Below are positions 58,234-64,000 of a stretch of DNA of 64,000 nucleotides, piece after piece. The notes under the pieces are model-generated. The model had not been told where the DNA came from. It worked only from the letters and a program-made list of their open reading frames with translations, and made no database searches. This stretch comes from Gemmatimonadota bacterium (GTDB lineage Bacteria; Gemmatimonadota; Gemmatimonadetes; Palauibacterales; KS3-K002), in contig JBDHGH010000005.1 of assembly GCA_039589995.1 (NCBI GenBank), positions 2,813-66,812 of the forward strand. Reading direction: 5' to 3'. The translations under genes and the position numbers were made by a program. Within the stretch, counting starts at the first letter, position 1; each line of letters begins with the position of its first letter.

Positions 58234-59235
58234 CTAACCGAATACTATGACGCTCAGCATGATGACGAGTAGCGTCAGCAACACGTAGTTGAACCCGCGA
58301 CTGCCTCGAGCCGCGACCTTGGGCCGACCGGGCATCACGGTCGGTGCGTCGGGAACCGTACCACGAACCGGCATCACGTCGCCGGGTTCGATGATCTCCT
58401 CAGCCGTCTCAGGCCTCCGCAAGAACGCCAACTCGACTTTCCCGATCTGTATGACGTCGCCCACACCCAGCGTGTGGTTTCCGTGCACCTTCTTGCCGTT
58501 CACCTTGGTATCCGCGCGGCCGACCTCGCGGAGCACGTACTTGCCGGCGGTGTAGGTAATTTCGGCGTGCAGGCGCGAGACGGACTGATCGGGGATGATC
58601 AGGTCGCAGTGCTTCTCGCGGCCGATCCGAAAACCCGCCCCGTCGATGGCGTAGGCCTGACCGTCGTCCATTCTGCGCAGCACGGCAACGATCTTCCTTT
58701 GCACGACCGGTGGCGTCATCCGCGTCAACATCTCAGGCGACACCGCGCCGGTCCCCGCGGCCGACTCCACGTGGCCGCCGGCGACCGCGGCAGGAGCTTG
58801 GCGTCTACCCGCCCGAGCCAGCACTCGTTCTGTGGGCTCGCTGGCGTCGTCGATGAACGTCAGTGGAAACACCAACGTCGAATCCTGAATCGAGATTTGG
58901 TCGCTGCTGAACAACGGAACCGGCTCCTTGCTCAGCCGTTGACCGTTGATGACGATTTCGCAGTTATCACCCGCCGACCAGGCGAATGCGCCGAGGGTCT
59001 CGATGCTGATCCCCAAAACGCAGCCTGGGGGCAAATCGGGTAGACGAACGGTCGACTGCTCGCTGGGGCCGATCAGGTTCTCGCCGCTGCGGAGTGGATA
59101 TAGCTGCTGTCTGAATTCGATGGACGGCACGGCTCCGTATCTCCTTGCCAGTCTGCCAGCGGGGGATTCGCCTGGCCGGGGCCATTGGAGGCCAGTGTAC
59201 GCCCAAGCTGGGGCGTACCTATGAAAGAAATGCAA
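58234..59235 (-). CDS. FHA-domain protein with a C-terminal TM tail anchor (probably two FHA-like modules)
   Basis: FRIGREKHCDLIIPDQSVSRLHAEI...NGKKV FHA core. C-terminal hydrophobic YVLLTLLVIMLSVIVFG. Confidence 0.65.
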   Translation of the reverse strand: MHFFHRYAPAWAYTGLQWPRPGESPAGRLARRYGAVPSIEFRQQLYPLRSGENLIGPSEQSTVRLPDLPPGCVLGISIETLGAFAWSAGDNCEIVINGQRLSKEPVPLFSSDQISIQDSTLVFPLTFIDDASEPTERVLARAGRRQAPAAVAGGHVESAAGTGAVSPEMLTRMTPPVVQRKIVAVLRRMDDGQAYAIDGAGFRIGREKHCDLIIPDQSVSRLHAEITYTAGKYVLREVGRADTKVNGKKVHGNHTLGVGDVIQIGKVELAFLRRPETAEEIIEPGDVMPVRGTVPDAPTVMPGRPKVAARGSRGFNYVLLTLLVIMLSVIVFG

Positions 59236-59622
59236 GTGCGGGACCGGATCCCGAAAAGTCGGTAAAAGCGCAAAGTGTAGCGCGATACAGGCTTGTAAAA
59301 TCGCCTACATGCGGGATCGGATCTTGCACAACGCAATTATGGTTGCAATGGCCAAGATGACAGCGGTTCCAGCATTGACCTGGGTGTCAGAGATTGGCAT
59401 CTTTAAGCACGAATTTTCCCCCGCAGTAACTACCCGGCACTATTCGCATCGCTATTGGCCTCAAGGGGCCGCTAGTCCATTTATCCCCCGCTGATCGGTC
59501 AGTTTGACCGCGCGGACGGTGATCGCAACACGTCGTCTGGCCGTGACATTCTCTATCGGCGATGAGTCTAGTTTTGCCGCCAGACTGTGTCGCCATATCC
59601 GTGTCGACCGGAGCAGGAGGCG

Positions 59623-60219
59623 ATGCTAAGAACCACGCGGGGATTCACTCTCGTTGAAATCGTGGTCGTCATGCTGATGCTGGGCGTAGTGGCCACCATC
59701 GCTTTGCCGCGCGCCATCAAGTCGAGCCCCGAGTTGCAGGTCGACCTCGCGGCACGAGCGCTGACGCGCGACCTGGAGCAGATGCGCATGCGAGCCATCG
59801 CAGCCAAGCGCAGCGTGCGAATCGTGTTCGATGAGTCCAAGAACTTCTACACGGCCTACATGGACGTGACGCCACTGCGAACGGCGGTGTTTTCCCTGAG
59901 TACGGACGAGGTCGAGAGAAGCGGCTTGCTGACCAAGGGGTCCAGCGGAGGCGTGCCGGGTGTGCCATTGCCCAAGCGCGTCGAGTTCGGTACCGGATCG
60001 GTGTCTCTAGGTCCGCAGAGCTATGGGGCATCCGATGCCGTCGGCGTCAACAACGACTGGGTCGAGTTCGACGCTCGTGGACTGGTCAATCCCGCGGGTT
60101 CGGAGGGAGTGATCTTCCTCGTTCATTCCGACGAGCCCTCCGCCATCGCGGCGGTCACGATTTCGGGTGCCAGCGCGTTTCAAGCCTGGCGCTACCGTGG
60201 GGGTAAGTGGATCAAATGA
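59623..60219 (+). CDS. Type IV pilus minor pilin / T2SS pseudopilin (FimT/GspH-like)
   Basis: Prepilin N-terminus RGFTLVEIVVVMLMLGVV (G-F-T-L-x-E motif). Start taken at the internal MLRTTRG. Confidence 0.6.
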   Translation: MLRTTRGFTLVEIVVVMLMLGVVATIALPRAIKSSPELQVDLAARALTRDLEQMRMRAIAAKRSVRIVFDESKNFYTAYMDVTPLRTAVFSLSTDEVERSGLLTKGSSGGVPGVPLPKRVEFGTGSVSLGPQSYGASDAVGVNNDWVEFDARGLVNPAGSEGVIFLVHSDEPSAIAAVTISGASAFQAWRYRGGKWIK

Positions 60220-60632
60220 CACACACGCGAAACCAACTCGTTTCGAGAGACGGCTTTGGCCTAGTCTCCGTATTGGTGGCGATGGTTCTCCTGGCGGTAG
60301 GCGTGGTAGCGCTATCCAGCTCGAGCGCCTTGCTGATGTCCATGCAGACCGACACATCGGTTCGCTCGACGGCGACGTCGCTTGCGATCGCCTATATGGA
60401 GGAGGTCAAGCGTCGACCCGCCCGAACGCTGGCATCCGAGGGCCCGGCCACGATCGACGAGATCGGCCTCGACAATCCCGACGGCCATTTCGTGCGCTCG
60501 TTGACGGTGACCGAGGATCCCAGCGCCCCGGATGTTGTGAAAGCAATGGTCGATGTGGAGTTCCCCGCGGGTTTCGGCCGAACCGGTAGAGTCGAGATGG
60601 TGACGATCATCTATCGAGGTAACGAACAGTGA
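60216..60632 (+). CDS. Type IV pilus minor pilin PilV-like
   Basis: Prepilin-like hydrophobic N-terminus (RDGFGLVSVLVAMVLLAVG), atypical (no Phe+1). Confidence 0.45.
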   Translation: MTHTRNQLVSRDGFGLVSVLVAMVLLAVGVVALSSSSALLMSMQTDTSVRSTATSLAIAYMEEVKRRPARTLASEGPATIDEIGLDNPDGHFVRSLTVTEDPSAPDVVKAMVDVEFPAGFGRTGRVEMVTIIYRGNEQ

Positions 60633-61594
60633 GTGTGCGTACCGTGGCGAAAACTGGAATCGAGCGACGGCCCCGCGGATTCACCTTCGTGGAGTTGCTC
60701 GTCGCACTGTCGCTGGGCGCTGTCGTTCTCGCGGGCGCGATCGGCTACATGATTCGCGAGATGAGGACGCTGACAGGCAACGAGCTTCGACATAGCCTGG
60801 CTCGCAATGGCCGCTACGTCGGCGTTTCGCTGCGCCACGATCTCCAGAAGGCCGGCATCGAGATCGAGAGCACCACCGACTTCGGCACGGTGAACGTCTG
60901 GGCAGGCGTGATCGGCGATACCCTCGTCATCCTGCACGTTCCCTACATCCCCGAGATGGCGCCGCCGCATCCCATTCAGCCGCCATTGGGTGGCGGAAAC
61001 CCGTTGCCGGCCGGTGGCACGTGCGGAGCCCGCTGCATCGAGGTTGTGAAGGACACGACCCCGTTGGAGCTCGCCCCGGGCGACTTGGCACGCATGCAAA
61101 TCCTCGAGACGCGACGCCTGATCCTGATCGATGATCTGACCGAGACCAGCGACACTTCGTTCGAGGTAAGTTTCACCGATGCATCCGAGATACTCCGACA
61201 GCCTGCGGGACTCTCGGGTGGTGTGCTGCTGGATCGCTTTGCGACGTATATACAGGAACTGTCGCCGATCCTCTACTACCTCGACGACCAGGAACAGCTG
61301 CACCGCGCCTTTCGACTCAACCTCGACGGGTCACCAGACGGCGACATCCTCGCCTACGGCGTCGAGGAGTTCGACATCAAGGTGGTGTTCGCCGACGATG
61401 ACGAGTTGGATCGAGCTGACCCGACCGATACGGATGATTCCAACGATTTCGACGATATCGTCGCGCTGAAGCTTCGCGTAACACTGAAAGCGAATCGCGT
61501 GGATCCGCGAGTGAACGAGGGCCAACTGCTCAAGAAGACTTACGAGTGGTTGATATCGCCGCGGAACCTGCGATACGAGAAACAGCGCCTGTAA
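60629..61594 (+). CDS. Type IV pilus minor pilin PilW-like
   Basis: RGFTFVELLVALSLGAVVL prepilin cleavage/methylation motif. Confidence 0.5.
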   Translation: MSVRTVAKTGIERRPRGFTFVELLVALSLGAVVLAGAIGYMIREMRTLTGNELRHSLARNGRYVGVSLRHDLQKAGIEIESTTDFGTVNVWAGVIGDTLVILHVPYIPEMAPPHPIQPPLGGGNPLPAGGTCGARCIEVVKDTTPLELAPGDLARMQILETRRLILIDDLTETSDTSFEVSFTDASEILRQPAGLSGGVLLDRFATYIQELSPILYYLDDQEQLHRAFRLNLDGSPDGDILAYGVEEFDIKVVFADDDELDRADPTDTDDSNDFDDIVALKLRVTLKANRVDPRVNEGQLLKKTYEWLISPRNLRYEKQRL

Positions 61595-61659
61595 AGGACA
61601 CCCCCGCGGTAAACTTGAAGAAGCCCACGCAATTCACGTGGGCGAGAGGCGATGGATTG

Positions 61660-63882
61660 ATGAAACGAGAACGAGTTACGGAGGCCGATAGCCGGATGTG
61701 CGACCGGCGGCACCCGGATGATTCGGGCTTGGCACTGGTGGCCACGCTTCTGGTGCTGGCGGTCATGGGCGTCATCGTCGCCGCCGGAGTCCGAGCCGTG
61801 CTAACGACCACTCGTACGGCGGGCCTCGAGTACCACGAGGCCCGGGTCTTCTACGCCGCGGAAGCGGGCGGCGAAGCTGCGCTGGCCCAGTTGAAGCTGT
61901 CCTTGCAGGACGGGTATCTGTCGGACCAGGAACTGGCCGACATCAGCGCGCCGACTCTCGCGGGTTTCAACTACGACAGCTTCTCGGTGTCCCGCCAGGG
62001 CGACGCGGTAATCGAGCACATCACCGACGGCCCCTACACAGGGCTGTACGCGCTGACGCAGAACGTGGACGTGTATTCGCTAGCCGAAAACACCAACGGA
62101 ACGGTGTCGGGCGTGGTGTTGCGAGCGAAGGCGCAGGCCATCCCGATCTTCCAGTTCGGCGTGTTCTTCGAAGAGGATCTCGAGGCGACCAACGGGCCGC
62201 CGCTGGAATTCATCGGCCGCGTACATTCGAACGGGAACATCTACCTCAGTTCGAACAACGCGTGGTACCGCGAGATGCTCACCACGCCGAACAAAGTCTT
62301 CTACGATCGAAAGGACTTTCACAGCTCGCTACCGGGCGTGTTCATCAACGATGCATCCGGAATCGAAGTCCAGTTGGATTTCGACAGCCGCTCGCATCCC
62401 GGGCCCGACGCGTTCAAAGCTCAAAGTTGCAGCTACTTCGATTGTCGGTTGCAGACCGACGCGTTCGATGTCGACTCTCTGCGCCTGCCTCTTCCGACCG
62501 GCGTACCGCCGTACGAGTTGGTGAGGCCGCGCGAGGACACCGATACCGACGGCGAGCGTGAGGTGAAGTTCGCTTGGAACGCCGACGCGTATGTCACCGT
62601 CGACCTCAGCAATATCCGCACGAAAGGCGACGTGTGCGGTACGACGCTGGCCAAGACCGACCCGGACGACGTGGTCGGCGCGATTCAAGTCACAGGCATC
62701 GATCCTGTCGTGCCCGGCGACATCGTGCAGTTCCAGGTTTTGGGGGTGGACTGCGGAACCTTCGATGGCAGTATCGCCGTGACAGTCGACGGGGTGACGA
62801 TAATGACGACACACCTCGACGATACGTGCTACTTCACGTACACATTGCCGAGCACGACCGACGAGCTGGCGATCACGGTCGTGGACGATGCAACGGGTGC
62901 CACAGGCACGTCAACGTGGTACGGCCTGCAGAGCCTTTCCGACGACAGCGATATACCCTGGCCCAGCATCAGCGTCGAGCGAACGGGCGGCAAACTAGTC
63001 CCCGGCCCCGACGACCTGTGCCGGATCTTCGCCTGGGAGTGGTCGTCGTTTTACGACGGACGCGAAATCGAGCTCAAAGACATTCTGAACATCGACGTCG
63101 CCCAGCTGGACACCTGGGTCAGCGGTGATGACGGGCGGCGCGTCGAGCTGATCTTCGTGGACTTCGAGACTCCGGTCGGCCTCGGCAGCTACGTCAGCGA
63201 GGTTCGCGATCTGATGCCGGATGCCAGCCTCGACCCGGCCATCCGCATGATCAACGCCAGCGTTCTGCCGAACCGCATGACCGTGGCCTCCGAGTATCCT
63301 GTTTACGTCCGCGGCCACTACAATCGGATCAACAAGCAGCCGGCGGCGCTCGCCGGCGACGGGATTACTATCCAATCGTCGGTCTGGTCCGATGCACAGA
63401 ACCGTCCACCGGCCAGCGTGTACTCCGATTGTCAGGGCCAGGTCAATCCAGGGGTCCCGTGCGCGGACTACCTGGCGTGGAGCGCTACCTGGTCTCGCAG
63501 GAACTCCGCCGAGACGTGGGTGAATGCGGCGGTCCTGGCAGGCCACTGGCCCACGCCGTGCGACCACCACGATACGGCGTGTGCGGCGGACGGCAGCAAT
63601 TCGTTCTACGCCGACTGGTACGGCGGCGGCATCGAGAATTTCCCACGATTTCTGGAACGATGGAGGGACGGCTTCGGCAACCCGGTCGTCTTCCACTACC
63701 TGGGCGCTCTGATCAGTCCGTTCACAAGCCAGAAGACGACGGGTACATGGAACGGATCGTACTACGTGCCGCCGCGACGTGATTGGGCGTTCGATACCGA
63801 CTTCCGCGACCCACGGCTGTTACCGCCAGGCACGCCCAACGTCGGCAACGTGATCCGGACGGCGATGAGAGAGGCCTTCTAG
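61660..63882 (+). CDS. Large pilus-associated protein, PilX N-terminal-like anchor plus a roughly 650-aa C-terminal domain of unknown function (PilY1-like role?)
   Basis: Hydrophobic N-terminus GLALVATLLVLAVMGVIVAAG typical of PilX. The start could also be 61696. Last gene of the pilin operon. Confidence 0.4.
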   Translation: MKRERVTEADSRMCDRRHPDDSGLALVATLLVLAVMGVIVAAGVRAVLTTTRTAGLEYHEARVFYAAEAGGEAALAQLKLSLQDGYLSDQELADISAPTLAGFNYDSFSVSRQGDAVIEHITDGPYTGLYALTQNVDVYSLAENTNGTVSGVVLRAKAQAIPIFQFGVFFEEDLEATNGPPLEFIGRVHSNGNIYLSSNNAWYREMLTTPNKVFYDRKDFHSSLPGVFINDASGIEVQLDFDSRSHPGPDAFKAQSCSYFDCRLQTDAFDVDSLRLPLPTGVPPYELVRPREDTDTDGEREVKFAWNADAYVTVDLSNIRTKGDVCGTTLAKTDPDDVVGAIQVTGIDPVVPGDIVQFQVLGVDCGTFDGSIAVTVDGVTIMTTHLDDTCYFTYTLPSTTDELAITVVDDATGATGTSTWYGLQSLSDDSDIPWPSISVERTGGKLVPGPDDLCRIFAWEWSSFYDGREIELKDILNIDVAQLDTWVSGDDGRRVELIFVDFETPVGLGSYVSEVRDLMPDASLDPAIRMINASVLPNRMTVASEYPVYVRGHYNRINKQPAALAGDGITIQSSVWSDAQNRPPASVYSDCQGQVNPGVPCADYLAWSATWSRRNSAETWVNAAVLAGHWPTPCDHHDTACAADGSNSFYADWYGGGIENFPRFLERWRDGFGNPVVFHYLGALISPFTSQKTTGTWNGSYYVPPRRDWAFDTDFRDPRLLPPGTPNVGNVIRTAMREAF

Positions 63883-63929
63883 CGGGTTGGTGTGACTGGC
63901 TAGGATTGGGCTAGGGCTCCCCCGGCCCA

Positions 63930-63956
63930 GAGGGGCCACGCGGTTGGTGGCCCCTC
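63930..63956 (+). terminator. GC-rich hairpin after the pilin operon (weak terminator, no U-tract)
   Basis: GAGGGGCCAC-7 nt-GTGGCCCCTC. Confidence 0.3.
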
Positions 63957-64000
63957 GCTTATGGTGTGAACGGCATTCGAACCTCTCGCTCCCGGTCGCG

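Noticed and set aside
63960-64000. Possible tRNA 3' end (GGTTCGAATGCC on the minus strand) at the window edge
   Set aside because: T-loop-like heptamer lacks complementary T-stem arms. Truncated by the window edge and cannot be supported.
1-64000. CRISPR arrays, integrases/transposases, rRNA
   Set aside because: No direct-repeat/spacer periodicity, no recombinase-like ORFs and no rRNA-like conserved stretches seen anywhere in the window.

Overview
This is a high-GC (about 64-65%) chromosomal segment from a diderm bacterium. The domain repertoire (GWxTD, DUF3943, DUF547, several Omp85-type outer-membrane proteins) points to a Gemmatimonadota/FCB-like lineage, but that is inference only. About 52 protein genes are supported; many are packed with ATGA/GTGA start-stop overlaps. 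No rRNA, tRNA or CRISPR array was found.

Blocks in order along the window:
- 381-2615: a secreted protein with an unusual aromatic/Gly-rich segment followed by a Gln/Asn/Arg-rich C-terminal tail.
- 2832-7151: a minus-strand cluster of metallophosphoesterase, radical-SAM (twitch/SPASM-like) enzyme, SAMHD1-like HD dNTPase and ferredoxin, with a plus-strand PP2C phosphatase convergent on it.
- 7306-13443: malic enzyme plus a sodium-pumping oxaloacetate decarboxylase operon (oadG-oadA-oadB) that is translationally coupled to a biotin-protein ligase.
- 13571-15013: a sodium:solute symporter.
- 15064-21473: a czc-like metal-efflux operon under an ArsR/SmtB repressor. Its outer-membrane factor gene appears frameshifted.
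- 22088-29223: a run of outer-membrane and secreted proteins.
- 29331-34866: polA, cspA and a soluble lytic transglycosylase.
- 34918-36986: a GWxTD lipoprotein coupled to an orphan ExbB/TolQ channel.
- 37130-44535: an Opp/Dpp-type peptide ABC importer with two substrate-binding proteins.
- 44532-49794: lplA-gcvPB-MBL hydrolase-gcvPA-gcvH. gcvT is absent and there is no glycine riboswitch.
- 50396-57913: a sodium/osmotic block (MscS, EamA, NhaC, NatAB-like ABC, NhaP).
- 58234-63882: an FHA protein and a type IV minor-pilin operon.

The most unusual signals are non-coding:
- Large hairpin-forming inverted-repeat elements with GGGAG...CTCCC termini at 2618-2832, 50251-50382 and 52373-52498.
- A repeated hairpin module inside the gcv operon.
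- A 135-bp array of TAMTCS hexamers in a divergent promoter.
- An orphan plus-strand terminator with a perfectly Shine-Dalgarno-led 22-codon sORF.
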